Made by a program: the position numbers and the translations under genes. From Candidatus Kapaibacterium sp. (GTDB lineage Bacteria; Bacteroidota; Ignavibacteria; Kapaibacteriales; NICIL-2): a stretch of 64,000 bases of DNA. The stretch is from assembly GCA_040398805.1 (NCBI GenBank), contig JBBATK010000003.1:124062-188061 (forward strand), read 5' to 3'. Below the pieces are notes generated by a model. It was given only the letters and a program-made list of their open reading frames with translations, was not told the origin of the DNA and did not search any database. This document shows positions 10,236-20,620 of this stretch, in pieces. Each line of letters starts with the position of its first letter. Within the stretch, counting starts at the first letter, position 1.

Positions 10236-11641
10236 GATGGTGAACGGAAACGTTCATCGAAACGTTCAGCAATCGAGACGCCCGCGAGAGCGAAGGCGAG
10301 GACGAACACCGCACTTCGGAAGAAGAAGATGGCAGCGGTGATGTTCTCGATGAACATACCCGTCAGGGTGAGAAAACAGGAGATGGCGATGACGCGAGCG
10401 ATGGTGGACCGCATGCGTCGGGCGACGAAGAACGACCGGATCACAGCGGCGATGAGAACGCAGTATTGAAGAAGCGCTCCGATGAGTCCGAACGAAAAGA
10501 CCGGTGCGAGAAGTCCGTTATGGATGTAGGTCTTCTGTATGGATTGACCGATGATCCCGTCGTATCCTTTATACACCGCGGCAAGTCCGTATCCCGATAC
10601 CGGATTCTGCTCGATGTATTTGGCCACGGTGCGCGACTCGTACACGCGATTACCTACCGCTTGATCCTTCTTCACATTGGACGAGGACGTGAACCGGTTC
10701 GCAATGACCTTTGTCACCAAGGTGGCGGTAGGACCGAACACGACGGTGATCGCGCCGTAGGTGATTCCCGAAAGGCCGACCAGCAGGATGAGGGTGCGCC
10801 ACCGTTCCTTACGCACGAAGAAGAATTGTGCGATGATGATGCAGAACAGGAAACCGAGCCATGTGGTACGCGCATACGTGGTGACGAGTCCGACGACGAA
10901 CAGGAGCGAGAGGGTCAATGGCACGAGACGTCTCCACGAAAGCCGGTCATGGACAGCCCAGACGAAGGCGCTGATCGACGACATGAGGAACACATGCGGG
11001 ATGACGCGGCGTCCGGCTATCTGGAACGCATACTCACTGGATTTGACGATGGAACGATAGTCGATGATGGACTTCAAGGTGAGTCCGACGACGATGACGG
11101 TGAGCAGCACCACGAAGCGACGCAAGACGTCGCGGTCTGTACAATACACCCGCACCGGGAAATAGTAGAGGACAAGGATGCCGATGCTGTACGTGCGAAG
11201 CCAATCGAGGACCGTCGTACCCTGAACGACCGCAATGATGACATTCACGGTCATGAACACCATATACAGCACCAGCAAGGAATCGAAACGGTTTTCGACA
11301 AGTCGGCGGCGAGTCACGAGCATACTGTATAACAGCCACACATAGAGTCCACCGATCAGGAACACACCCAGCGCCACGTCGGTAGCGGATACACCGACCT
11401 CGCTGGAGGAGAAGAACACGGGAAGAGAGAGTGCCACCGCATAGAGCCACAATTCCGGTCGGCGGATTCCCAAGAACACGACGGCGACACCGGCACTGAC
11501 GACAAGGGGAAGAAACCACAGTTCGAGCACCGTCGACACAACCACGATACCGACGACGGCCAAGGCAGCAAGCACGGCACTTGCGGGATGCACGCGCGCG
11601 TCATCGAGGTTCCACCAAGATCGTTGGTGAGCGGTGATCAT
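10232..11641 (-). CDS. O-antigen ligase/polymerase (Wzy_C) family membrane protein
   Basis: About 12 hydrophobic segments, TYARTTW, NPVSGYG, conserved IHN; ATG 11641 overlaps the upstream stop (ATGA). Confidence 0.82.
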   Translation of the reverse strand: MITAHQRSWWNLDDARVHPASAVLAALAVVGIVVVSTVLELWFLPLVVSAGVAVVFLGIRRPELWLYAVALSLPVFFSSSEVGVSATDVALGVFLIGGLYVWLLYSMLVTRRRLVENRFDSLLVLYMVFMTVNVIIAVVQGTTVLDWLRTYSIGILVLYYFPVRVYCTDRDVLRRFVVLLTVIVVGLTLKSIIDYRSIVKSSEYAFQIAGRRVIPHVFLMSSISAFVWAVHDRLSWRRLVPLTLSLLFVVGLVTTYARTTWLGFLFCIIIAQFFFVRKERWRTLILLVGLSGITYGAITVVFGPTATLVTKVIANRFTSSSNVKKDQAVGNRVYESRTVAKYIEQNPVSGYGLAAVYKGYDGIIGQSIQKTYIHNGLLAPVFSFGLIGALLQYCVLIAAVIRSFFVARRMRSTIARVIAISCFLTLTGMFIENITAAIFFFRSAVFVLAFALAGVSIAERFDERFRSPS

Positions 11642-12810
11642 GCAGCATTCTCTGATGAGACACGGGCGAGCTCCCGGCGAAGGGAGCGTATGCGGGCCTG
11701 GATGAGGACGATGAGACATCCCAGGAAGAAGGCACCGATACCCGCGCCAAGGATGAGGAGACTGCGTTTGGGACGGGATTTCTTTTGCGGCGCTTGTGCC
11801 TCATCGACCACGTACAATGACGGCGAGAGTTTGTTAAGGTCCAGTTTCACCTGCTCGAACGACGGAAGAAGAAAGGCCTTGAGCTTGATGAGCGCTTCGA
11901 GTTCCGCGGTCATTCTGATGTACGGGAGCGCAGTCCCTGCCGCATCGGCGAGAGACGAGTTACCGAGAAATCCGGAGCCGCCCTCCGCTTCCGCTTCTTT
12001 CGCCTGCAACTCACGCACCACGGTGTTCTGCTGTTGCGTGATGGGATCGTCCTTGCCATACGAACTCTCGAGGATCGACGCAGCCACCTGCGCTTTCATT
12101 TTCTGCGCCTTGAGTTCCGCCAGCGCCGTGGCCGCGGCTTTCGCCTGGTCGGCCGGAGAGAAGAGCTTGTTGTTCCTGCCGTACCGGCTGATGGAGTCGC
12201 GTAACTCGGAGATCTGCCGATCAGTGGCCGTCACCTTGGATTCATACTGCTTGTAGAGCACTTCCGTTTCGGCGCGATCCAAACGGGCCGACAGTTCATT
12301 CGCCTCGCGAATGATGAAGTTGGCCATATCCGCTGCCCTCTTCGGATCGGTATCGTCGATACTCACGGTATAATTGCCTTCCGCTTCCACATTGATGGCC
12401 AAACGATCGCTGAGCTCTTCGCGGATCTTGGTCATGGCGGTGTCGGGCAGACCGTATGCCTGGGCAAGTTTGAATGTGAAGATGAGCGAGTCCTGTATCT
12501 GTCTGCTTTGCAACAGAACGACAAAGTCGAAACTCTCCCCTTTCTTTCCGCCGATCTTCGTCAGTCCGAATTCGCGAAGCGTCGTGCTCACCGAACTCAT
12601 GGCGGCATCAAGGGTGGAGGATGATTTCCTCGGAGGAACGGCGCTGACGGTGGCCGTATAGATGTTCGGCAATTGGAACGCCAATATGCCGGCAACGATG
12701 GCCGCCACGACGGACAGACCGATGATGTACTTCGCGTTGCGAAGCAGCATTCTTAGCACCACGTACGAACCCTCTCTCGTACCACCGCTCACTGTTTCTA
12801 CGTCGCTCAT
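11638..12810 (-). CDS. Wzz/GumC-like polysaccharide chain-length regulator
   Basis: N-terminal TM with LPNIYTAT, DTDPKRAADMAN, coiled coil, VVDEAQAPQKKSRPKR followed by a C-terminal TM. Confidence 0.88.
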   Translation of the reverse strand: MSDVETVSGGTREGSYVVLRMLLRNAKYIIGLSVVAAIVAGILAFQLPNIYTATVSAVPPRKSSSTLDAAMSSVSTTLREFGLTKIGGKKGESFDFVVLLQSRQIQDSLIFTFKLAQAYGLPDTAMTKIREELSDRLAINVEAEGNYTVSIDDTDPKRAADMANFIIREANELSARLDRAETEVLYKQYESKVTATDRQISELRDSISRYGRNNKLFSPADQAKAAATALAELKAQKMKAQVAASILESSYGKDDPITQQQNTVVRELQAKEAEAEGGSGFLGNSSLADAAGTALPYIRMTAELEALIKLKAFLLPSFEQVKLDLNKLSPSLYVVDEAQAPQKKSRPKRSLLILGAGIGAFFLGCLIVLIQARIRSLRRELARVSSENAA

Positions 12811-12838
12811 GTTTTCCTCAACTCTGTACCGAAACGAT

Positions 12839-13330
12839 TCACCCGTTCACCAGGACGGAATTCTTTTCTCTGGAACCTGCCGCGAGCTCTCGTTTGTATT
12901 CCATGATCTTCGAACAGATCTCGGCATCCTGAGCACCAAGTATCTGAGCCGCCAGGATTCCGGCATTTTTTCCGCCGCCGATGGCGACACTTGCAACGGG
13001 AACGCCGGCAGGCATCTGCACGATGGAATATAAGGAATCCACGCCGGCAAGATGCTTCGATGGTATGGGAACGCCGATGACGGGAAGGGGCGAGTGCGAC
13101 GCAATCATTCCCGGCAAGTGAGCTGCACCACCGGCACCCGCGATGATGACCCGGATACCGCGCTCGTGCGCCGTTCTTCCGTACTCGGCCATATCGTCCG
13201 GCGTGCGGTGCGCAGAGACGATGCGGATTTCGTGAGGAATGCCGAACACATCAAGCATGTCCGCCGCTTCTCGCATCACCGGCAGATCCGAGTCGCTGCC
13301 CATTATCACTCCTACCTTCGGCTGTTTCAT
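12839..13330 (-). CDS. purE: N5-CAIR mutase
   Basis: [38 protein letters not shown]; start may be 13351. Confidence 0.97.
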   Translation of the reverse strand: MKQPKVGVIMGSDSDLPVMREAADMLDVFGIPHEIRIVSAHRTPDDMAEYGRTAHERGIRVIIAGAGGAAHLPGMIASHSPLPVIGVPIPSKHLAGVDSLYSIVQMPAGVPVASVAIGGGKNAGILAAQILGAQDAEICSKIMEYKRELAAGSREKNSVLVNG

Positions 13331-13340
13331 GATAACCACC

Positions 13341-13970
13341 TTATTGATCATTCATTCCTGATTTCGCCGGCAATTGCCAATTCTCCGTTGCGCGCTTCAC
13401 AGCGCCAATCACGTGGTCACGTCCGAGCTTCTCCACGGTGGAGAATAAAACGACACCTCGACAGAAAGCGCATTGCGACACCAAATGCCCGATCTGTTCT
13501 GCGCGTTCCTTCCGGTGTGCTTCCTTGATCTTGTCGATCTTCGTGAGCACGATGATGTAGGGTCGCTGATTGAGCTCCAGCATCTCGATGCACTGCAGAT
13601 CGATAGGCTGGGGATCGTGTCGGGAATCGACGAGCACGCATACAAGAGCAAGCTGCTCTCGATGCAGCAGATACTCCCACACCAAGGCGCTCCACTTCTC
13701 GCGCTCATCTCGCGATACCTTCGCGTAGCCGAAACCGGGGACATCGACGAACATCCACTTCGATTCTACGGGAAAGAAGTTGATCTGCTGCGTCTTTCCG
13801 GGCGTGGCGCTCACTTTGGCCATGGCGCGGTCACGGACGACGAAGTTAAGCAACGACGACTTGCCGACGTTCGAGCGTCCAACGAACGCGATCTCGGGGA
13901 ACGGCGATTCAGGGAAGTCCGCCGTTGCGGCAGCCCCCTTCAAGAATCCCGCCTTCAACGTCTGTTTCAT
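13341..13970 (-). CDS. engB: Ribosome biogenesis GTPase YihA/YsxC
   Basis: [25 protein letters not shown]; start set at ATG 13970. Confidence 0.95.
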   Translation of the reverse strand: MKQTLKAGFLKGAAATADFPESPFPEIAFVGRSNVGKSSLLNFVVRDRAMAKVSATPGKTQQINFFPVESKWMFVDVPGFGYAKVSRDEREKWSALVWEYLLHREQLALVCVLVDSRHDPQPIDLQCIEMLELNQRPYIIVLTKIDKIKEAHRKERAEQIGHLVSQCAFCRGVVLFSTVEKLGRDHVIGAVKRATENWQLPAKSGMNDQ

Positions 13971-14024
13971 GTCTGTGCTTCTTTCGTGCTCACGCAAGCG
14001 CAAGGGATGGATACGTACGGCCGT

Positions 14025-14060
14025 AAAAAGAAAAACACCGAAGCGTTTCTGCTTCGGTGT
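14025..14060 (-). terminator. Rho-independent terminator after rplQ
   Basis: ACACCGAAGC-6nt-GCTTCGGTGT followed by TTTTCTTTTT on the minus strand. Confidence 0.85.
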
Positions 14061-14082
14061 CCTGGTATCCTGTATGTCAATG

Positions 14083-14808
14083 TCAATCTGCGCTGCCTGC
14101 CGAGGCGTCCGCAGAGGTCGTGTCCGAACTCTCGCCGCCACCTTCTACTTCGCCGGCGGTCGGTGTGTCCGTGTTCGAGGTGTCCTCGAAGGCCGGTGCC
14201 GACTCCGCTGCCGGTGCGGTTTCCTCTACCTGAGGCACCGCTTCTTCCTGTACCGCCTCGTCGGTGGCTGCCAGAGGAGCAGCGATGGCTGCTACGTCAG
14301 AAACCGTATCTGTCTGCTTCGGTGCTGCTGCCTTCGGAGCCGACTTCTTTGCAGCAGGCTTGCGCTTTTTGTCCTTCAAGGACACAACGCCGTCCTGCTT
14401 TGCGGCCCAGTCGACCAACTGGATGATCGCCTCCTCGGCACCGTCGCCACGACGTTGACCAAGTTTGATGACGCGCGTATATCCACCGGGACGCTCCAAA
14501 ACGGCCGGAGCGATTTCGTCGAACAACGCTTGAAGCGCTTTCTTGTCCCTGATGACCTTGCCCACTTCACGACGGGCGTGAACATCCACGTGACCGTTGG
14601 CGAATTCGCCATTACGCTCACGGACGAAGGCGATCTTCGCGCGTGTGATCAGCTTCTCGATGTACGGACGCAGTTCCTTTGCCTTGGCAAGGGTCGTGGT
14701 GATACTCTTCGAGTCGCTGATGATGAGCGATGTAGCCATGTTGCTCATCAATGCCCGACGGTGACTCCATGTGCGACCCAACTTGCGGCCTGATACTAAG
14801 TGTCTCAT
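14083..14808 (-). CDS. rplQ: 50S ribosomal protein L17 with a long low-complexity C-terminal extension
   Basis: MRHLVSGRKLGRT..., ERPGGYTRVIK, RRGDGA; about 100 extra residues rich in K/A then A/E/T/S/D. Confidence 0.97.
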   Translation of the reverse strand: MRHLVSGRKLGRTWSHRRALMSNMATSLIISDSKSITTTLAKAKELRPYIEKLITRAKIAFVRERNGEFANGHVDVHARREVGKVIRDKKALQALFDEIAPAVLERPGGYTRVIKLGQRRGDGAEEAIIQLVDWAAKQDGVVSLKDKKRKPAAKKSAPKAAAPKQTDTVSDVAAIAAPLAATDEAVQEEAVPQVEETAPAAESAPAFEDTSNTDTPTAGEVEGGGESSDTTSADASAGSAD

Positions 14809-14852
14809 AATCCTCGTTCGACGTTATTCGTAATCAAATCTATTCCTGAACC

Positions 14853-15875
14853 TTAGGCTTCCGTCGTCTTCGGCGAATCCTTAAGGTATTTCTCGACATT
14901 CATTCCAAAGACAAGTCCCATTCCCTTGACCGTTTCCGTCAACTCGGAAAGCGACTTACGACCGAAGTTGCGGAACTTGAGCAGGTCGGTCTCTTGCAAC
15001 ACCACGAGCTCTGCAACCGTCTTGATATTGGCTGCCTTCAAGCAGTTGTGGGCGCGCACAGAAAGTTCGAGATCGTCGACCTGTGTTTCCAGGAGGCGAC
15101 GCACTTTTTGGAACTCTGCGGACTTGCTTTCCTCTTCCACGGGATCGGCCGACGTCTTCGCTGTCGTGTCCGCCTTCTGACTGAAGTCGAAACCGACGAA
15201 AAGATTCACGTGGTCCAGAAGAATCTTGGACGCCTGCTGAACCGCATCAAGCGCGGCAATGCTTCCGTCCGTCGTCACATCCAGGACCAGCTTCTCATAG
15301 TCCGTCTTCTGGCCTACACGGAAGGGTTCGACGTTATAGATGACGTTCTTGATGGGCGTATAGATGGCGTCGATAGGGATCATTCCCACGGGGAATTCCG
15401 TCGTGACCTGCTCTTCAGCGGGGACGTATCCTTTGCCTTTGGCAATGCGAAGTTCCACTTCGAATTCCGCGTCGTTGGCGAGTGTGGCGATATGATGGGT
15501 GGGCTCGAGAACAGTGACACCGGTCGTAGCATCCTGGATGCTCTGCGCGACCCATGTTCCCGGTCCCTTCACCTTGAAGGTGACACGGACGGGCTTCGAG
15601 TCCTCAAGCTTCACACGTACTTCCTTCAGATTGAGGATGATTTCGCTCATATCCTCGACGACGCCTGCAATGGTCTGGAATTCGTGCACGACACCGCTGA
15701 TCTTGATGCCGACGATGGCAGCACCATGGATGGAGGAGAGAATCACACGACGTAGCGCGTTCCCTACCGTCACGCCATAGCCTTCCTCGAGCGGTTGCAA
15801 TGCGAATTTTCCGTGATACAAGGATCCGGTATCGTCCGACATTACACGCTCTGGCATTTGCATCGCTGTATTCAT
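14853..15875 (-). CDS. rpoA: RNA polymerase alpha subunit
   Basis: PLEEGYGVTVGNALRR, IPIDAIYTP, LELSVRAHNCL, NFGRKSL. Confidence 0.98.
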   Translation of the reverse strand: MNTAMQMPERVMSDDTGSLYHGKFALQPLEEGYGVTVGNALRRVILSSIHGAAIVGIKISGVVHEFQTIAGVVEDMSEIILNLKEVRVKLEDSKPVRVTFKVKGPGTWVAQSIQDATTGVTVLEPTHHIATLANDAEFEVELRIAKGKGYVPAEEQVTTEFPVGMIPIDAIYTPIKNVIYNVEPFRVGQKTDYEKLVLDVTTDGSIAALDAVQQASKILLDHVNLFVGFDFSQKADTTAKTSADPVEEESKSAEFQKVRRLLETQVDDLELSVRAHNCLKAANIKTVAELVVLQETDLLKFRNFGRKSLSELTETVKGMGLVFGMNVEKYLKDSPKTTEA

Positions 15876-15988
15876 ACGCTCTCTTTCTCTACAATATTTA
15901 TAATTCTCTTTGGGATAACGATGGTCCGCACGTCATTGCATGCTCGACATTCGACAAGCAGGGCTATGTCCATTCGAGCACCGCGGTC

Positions 15989-16375
15989 TTAGACGCGACG
16001 ACGCTTCGGCGGACGGCAACCGTTGTGCGGGATGGGCGTCTTGTCCATGATGGACAGGACTTCCAATCCTGCGGCTGATAGCGCTCGGATCGCCGCCTCA
16101 CGGCCGGATCCCGGACCACGGACGCTTACATCGACCTTGCGCAAACCCATTTCGAATGCTTCACGGGCCGCCTTCTCGGCAGACACCTGAGCTGCGTACG
16201 GAGTGTTCTTCTTCGAACCACGGAATCCGTTCTTACCGGCCGACGACCAGGTGAGTACGTTACCATAGGAATCCGCTATCGTGACAATAACGTTGTTGAA
16301 TGTCGCACGGATGAACGCCTTGCCATGGACATCGGCAACGATTTTGCGTTTTACTTTTCTTTTTGCGGCTGCCAT
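15989..16375 (-). CDS. rpsK: 30S ribosomal protein S11
   Basis: [38 protein letters not shown]. Confidence 0.98.
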   Translation of the reverse strand: MAAAKRKVKRKIVADVHGKAFIRATFNNVIVTIADSYGNVLTWSSAGKNGFRGSKKNTPYAAQVSAEKAAREAFEMGLRKVDVSVRGPGSGREAAIRALSAAGLEVLSIMDKTPIPHNGCRPPKRRRV

Positions 16376-16443
16376 TCTCATTCTTCAATAGTTTCAAAAT
16401 CTGTTCTACGGTCGCAGCGACGTTGTCGCCACGACATGGGAGA

Positions 16444-16821
16444 TTACTTACGAGCTGCCTTCTTCTTGCCGGCAACCGTCTTTCTTCTGCCCTTACGCGT
16501 ACGGCTGTTCGTACGTGTACGCTGTCCGCGTACCGGGAGTCCTTTACGATGGCGAAGTCCGCGGTATGCTCCGATGTCCATCAATCGCTTGATGTTCAAT
16601 TGGATCTCGGACCGCAACTGACCCTCGACCTTGTATTCGGACACGGCCGTACGAATGCGCGCGATCTCATCGTCGGTCCACGTCTGAACACGCTTACTCT
16701 CGTCAACACCCGCTTTGGCAAGGACTTCTTGCGCTGCGGTCTTGCCGATTCCAAAAATGTATGTTAGACTTATTACCCCACGCTTGTTACGCGGAAGGTC
16801 GATACCTGCAATACGTGCCAT
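16444..16821 (-). CDS. rpsM: 30S ribosomal protein S13
   Basis: [30 protein letters not shown]. Confidence 0.98.
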   Translation of the reverse strand: MARIAGIDLPRNKRGVISLTYIFGIGKTAAQEVLAKAGVDESKRVQTWTDDEIARIRTAVSEYKVEGQLRSEIQLNIKRLMDIGAYRGLRHRKGLPVRGQRTRTNSRTRKGRRKTVAGKKKAARK

Positions 16822-16830
16822 TGAATCTCC

Positions 16831-16947
16831 TTAGCCTTGACGCTGTTTCATTCGTGGATTTTTCTTGTTGATAACGTAGACACGACCCTTGCGACGAACA
16901 ATCTTGTCGTTCGGATCACGCTTCTTCACTGATGCTTGTACTTTCAT
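16831..16947 (-). CDS. rpmJ: 50S ribosomal protein L36, zinc-free form (below the ORF-track size cutoff)
   Basis: Hand translation [38 protein letters not shown]; canonical position between infA and rpsM. Confidence 0.95.
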   Translation of the reverse strand: MKVQASVKKRDPNDKIVRRKGRVYVINKKNPRMKQRQG

Positions 16948-16973
16948 ATCACACTTCCAAGAAATTGGTTTTT

Positions 16974-17192
16974 CTACTTAAATCTGTACGTGATGCGCCC
17001 TTTAGACAAATCATAAGGGGAGAGCTCCACGGTCACTTTATCGCCGGCAAGGATCTTGATGAAATTCATCCTCATCTTGCCGCTGATATGCGCCAAAACC
17101 TTATGACCATTATCAAGCTTGACGATGAACTGGGTGTTAGGAAGCACTTCCTCAATCACACCGTCTACCTTAATAAGATCCTGTTTGGGCAT
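16974..17192 (-). CDS. infA: Translation initiation factor IF-1
   Basis: [31 protein letters not shown]. Confidence 0.98.
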   Translation of the reverse strand: MPKQDLIKVDGVIEEVLPNTQFIVKLDNGHKVLAHISGKMRMNFIKILAGDKVTVELSPYDLSKGRITYRFK

Positions 17193-17198
17193 ATTCTG

Positions 17199-17999
17199 TT
17201 ATGAAAAAAACGTAAACACTCGCGGGACACCGTTATCGACCATCACCGTGTGTTCAAAATGCGCTGACGGTCTTCCGTCCGACGTAAACACCGTCCATCC
17301 GTCCCTTGCCGTCTGTACAAGAAAGCTTCCCATGTTCACCATCGGCTCGATGGCTATGGTCATTCCTTGCTCCAGCTGGGCTTTAGGATAGCGATTACGT
17401 TGTAAAAGACCCGGCACGAAGTTGGGAATACAGGGCTCCATGTGTAACTCCAACCCCACTCCGTGACCTACCAACTCCCTCACGCAAGAGAACCTGTTCT
17501 TCTCGACGTGAGACTGCACCGCTTTCGCGATATCATAATTCGTCTGACCGGCTACCGCCTGCTCCACTCCGAGTTCCAATGCCTGTCGAGTGACATCAAG
17601 CAGACGTTGTTTTTCCGGCCCGATATCACCGATCGCAAACGTGAAGGCGCTATCACCGAAAAAGCCGTCTTTCTTGACTCCGCAGTCGACCGATACGATC
17701 TGGCCTTCCTTGATTTTCCGGTTGGACGGCATACCGTGCACAACCTCTTCATCTATGGAAACGCAGAGCGTGTAGGGAAACGCCGGCGAACCACCGTGAC
17801 CACCGTATCCCTTGAACGCCGGCTCGGCATCATTGGTTCGGATGAAGTCTTCGGCGATCGCATCAAGTTCCAATGTCGTCATCCCCGGTACGATGCTCTT
17901 ACCGATGACGGCAAGAGTCTCCGAGACTAAACGACAGGCTTCCTCGATCCGGTCGATATCCTTTTTGATTTTCAAAGCAGGTGCCTGTGTCGGTTCCAT
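17199..17999 (-). CDS. map: Methionine aminopeptidase type I
   Basis: EVVHGMP, VDCG...GDSA, GHGVG..LH, AIEPM, SAHFEHT. Confidence 0.97.
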   Translation of the reverse strand: MEPTQAPALKIKKDIDRIEEACRLVSETLAVIGKSIVPGMTTLELDAIAEDFIRTNDAEPAFKGYGGHGGSPAFPYTLCVSIDEEVVHGMPSNRKIKEGQIVSVDCGVKKDGFFGDSAFTFAIGDIGPEKQRLLDVTRQALELGVEQAVAGQTNYDIAKAVQSHVEKNRFSCVRELVGHGVGLELHMEPCIPNFVPGLLQRNRYPKAQLEQGMTIAIEPMVNMGSFLVQTARDGWTVFTSDGRPSAHFEHTVMVDNGVPRVFTFFS

Positions 18000-18034
18000 C
18001 GCTACGCGCCAAAAGACGCATGAAGTGACAATGT

Positions 18035-19399
18035 CTAGAAACCGCCGCCAACACGCTGTTGATTCGAAGCCATGCCACGGCCTTGAATCTTACCACTCTT
18101 CATGAACCCATCGTAGTGTCTCATCAACAGGTACGACTCGATCTGCTGTAAGGTATCCAACGCCACTCCGACGATGATCAACAGACTCGTACCGCCGAAA
18201 AATTGTCCGAAGGAATACGGGACGTTCAACACATTCGTCACGAACACCGGCAACAATGCGATGATGGCCAAGAAGACGGCACCCGGCAATGTGATGCGAG
18301 TGAGAATGTGGTCGAAGTACTCGGCTGTCGGCTGACCGGGACGTACACCGGGGATGAATCCTTGCGCACGCTTCAACTCCTCTGCAGTCTGACGCGGATT
18401 GAAGGCGATAGCTGTGTAGAAGTACGTGAAGAACACGATCGAAAGTCCATAGACAATCGCGTAGACGATGGACCGGTCGCTGAAGAGATTCGCGATGGAG
18501 ATCAACGTCGTGTTTTCCGGGAAGAAGCTTGAGATGGTGCTCGGAATGAACAGGATCGCAGAAGCGAAGATGATCGGCATGACACCCGCCGTATTCACTC
18601 GGAGAGGGATGTAGGTGGTGTGTCCACCGTATTGCTTCCGACCTTCGACCCTCTTTGCATACTGAACGGGAATCCTCCGGGCACCCTGGGTCACCAGGAC
18701 AACCGCAGCGATAATGACTCCAAGGAACGCCAAAAGGATGACGTCGATGGCGATATTACGACCTGAGCTGATGAGAAGTATCTCGTTCTGAACGGCGACG
18801 GGAAGTCGCGAGATGATGCCGATGAAGATGATGAGGGAGATTCCATTACCCAGTCCGCGTTCGGTGATCTGCTCTCCGATCCACATGAGGAACATCGTTC
18901 CAGCCGTCAGAAGGGTCACAGCCGTCAGCGTGAACAACGGACCATCGATCATGACGACCTTCGCCGTGTCCGCACCGGTCTGTGCATTCAACTTGATACT
19001 CAACCCAATGGCCTGGAGTGCGGCGATGCCAACCGTCAGGAATCGTGTCCATTGGTTGATTCGACGACGACCTTCTTCTCCTTCTTTCTGCATTCTGGCA
19101 ATCTGCGGCACGAACACGGCGGCCAATTGAAGAACGATGGAAGCGGAGATGTACGGCATGATACCCATGGCGAAAACCGCCGCGTTCGAGAACGCGCCTC
19201 CTACGAACATATCGTACAGGCCGAACAATCCGTTGGCGTCACCGGCGTTGGATGATTGCAGTGCCGCAACATCGATACCCGGCAACGAAACGTGAGCGCC
19301 GACTCGGACAACAATGAGCATAAGCACTGTAAAGACGATCCGCTTACGCAGTTCCTCTATACGGAAGATGTTTTTCGTTGTTTCGATGAAATTAGCCAT
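18035..19399 (-). CDS. secY: Preprotein translocase SecY
   Basis: GIMPYISASI, GLGNGISLIIF, AGVMPIIFAS, FIPGVRPG, GGTSLLI; ATG 19399 overlaps the rplO stop. Confidence 0.98.
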   Translation of the reverse strand: MANFIETTKNIFRIEELRKRIVFTVLMLIVVRVGAHVSLPGIDVAALQSSNAGDANGLFGLYDMFVGGAFSNAAVFAMGIMPYISASIVLQLAAVFVPQIARMQKEGEEGRRRINQWTRFLTVGIAALQAIGLSIKLNAQTGADTAKVVMIDGPLFTLTAVTLLTAGTMFLMWIGEQITERGLGNGISLIIFIGIISRLPVAVQNEILLISSGRNIAIDVILLAFLGVIIAAVVLVTQGARRIPVQYAKRVEGRKQYGGHTTYIPLRVNTAGVMPIIFASAILFIPSTISSFFPENTTLISIANLFSDRSIVYAIVYGLSIVFFTYFYTAIAFNPRQTAEELKRAQGFIPGVRPGQPTAEYFDHILTRITLPGAVFLAIIALLPVFVTNVLNVPYSFGQFFGGTSLLIIVGVALDTLQQIESYLLMRHYDGFMKSGKIQGRGMASNQQRVGGGF

Positions 19400-19850
19400 G
19401 GATGTTCGCCGTGCCTCCGGCCTTTTCGATTTTTTGTTTTGCTGTTTCCGAGAAGCCGTGCGCTGTGATCGTGACCGCCGACGTGATCTCGCCATTTCCG
19501 AGAATCTTCACGGGCTGGGTCTTCTTCGAGATCGCTCCCGCAGCGTACAAGGTTTCCGGTGTGATGTGTCCTGTGAGTCTGTTTTCAGCAACGAGCTCCT
19601 GGACACGCGCCAGGTTCACGGTCTGATACTCGACCCTGAAGATATTCGTAAACCCGAACTTCGGAATACGACGGCTGAGAGGCATCTGTCCGCCCTCGAA
19701 TCCACGTTTGAACGTGTGATTCGCACGGGATTGATGTCCCTTGTGACCACGCGTGGACGTGCCACCGTGACCCGAGCCGGCACCACGACCGATGCGCTTT
19801 TTCGCCTTACGTGAACCTTCCGCGTAGCGCAGATTTCCAATATGCTTCAT
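19392..19850 (-). CDS. rplO: 50S ribosomal protein L15
   Basis: RIGRGAGSGHGGTSTRGHKG, FEGGQMPL. Confidence 0.98.
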   Translation of the reverse strand: MKHIGNLRYAEGSRKAKKRIGRGAGSGHGGTSTRGHKGHQSRANHTFKRGFEGGQMPLSRRIPKFGFTNIFRVEYQTVNLARVQELVAENRLTGHITPETLYAAGAISKKTQPVKILGNGEITSAVTITAHGFSETAKQKIEKAGGTANIHG

Positions 19851-19851
19851 A

Positions 19852-20037
19852 TCAATTTCCTATTTCTTCTACTTTGACTAAATGCTTTACCACGTTGATC
19901 ATTCCAAGAATCTGAGCATTCTTTTCCTGCACAACGGAGAAGTTCGGACGACCGAGACCGAGCGCCTTCATCGTGCGCTTCTGCTTTTCCAGTCTGTCGA
20001 TAACACTTTTTACTTGCGTGATTTTGAGCTTTGCCAT
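19852..20037 (-). CDS. rpmD: 50S ribosomal protein L30
   Basis: [22 protein letters not shown]; position in the spc operon. Confidence 0.97.
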   Translation of the reverse strand: MAKLKITQVKSVIDRLEKQKRTMKALGLGRPNFSVVQEKNAQILGMINVVKHLVKVEEIGN

Positions 20038-20065
20038 GATATGCGTCCGATAGATTCTTCGTTTA

Positions 20066-20569
20066 TTAACCGCGAACTACTTTCTCAACCGATATGCCAC
20101 GACGCTGCGCTACTGTCTGTGCGTCTTCCAACGCCTCCAATGCAGCAATCGTCGCCTTGACGATATTGTGCGGATTCGATGACCCCAGCGACTTCGTCAA
20201 GACATCCTGTACGCCAGCCAACTCCAATACTGCACGGACACCACCGGAAGCGATGACGCCCGTACCGGGAGCCGCAGGACGCAAGAGGATCTTGGCGGAA
20301 CCGTACTTAGAAAACACTTCGTGAGGAATCGTCGTGCCTTGAAGACGCACCTGAACGACAGCCTTCTTCGCTGCATCCGTGGCCTTCTGTACCGCATCGA
20401 CCACCTCACCGGCTTTGCCTAGTCCGTAACCGATATGACCCTGACCGTCACCGACAACGACGATGGCAGAGAAGTTGAAACGACGTCCACCCTTCACTAC
20501 CTTCGCAGTGCGGCCTACATTGACCAGTTTGTCCTTAAGATTCAGCTCGGATATTTTAAACTTCGCCAC
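20066..20569 (-). CDS. rpsE: 30S ribosomal protein S5 (GTG start)
   Basis: [32 protein letters not shown]. Confidence 0.98.
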   Translation of the reverse strand: MAKFKISELNLKDKLVNVGRTAKVVKGGRRFNFSAIVVVGDGQGHIGYGLGKAGEVVDAVQKATDAAKKAVVQVRLQGTTIPHEVFSKYGSAKILLRPAAPGTGVIASGGVRAVLELAGVQDVLTKSLGSSNPHNIVKATIAALEALEDAQTVAQRRGISVEKVVRG

Positions 20570-20620
20570 TAAGACTCCTACACAATAATTGTCGTTTTAT
20601 AATTAGTCAGTCTGATACCG

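Noticed and set aside
17999-18035. Absence of adk between secY and map
   Set aside because: secY-map-infA without adk is common in this group.
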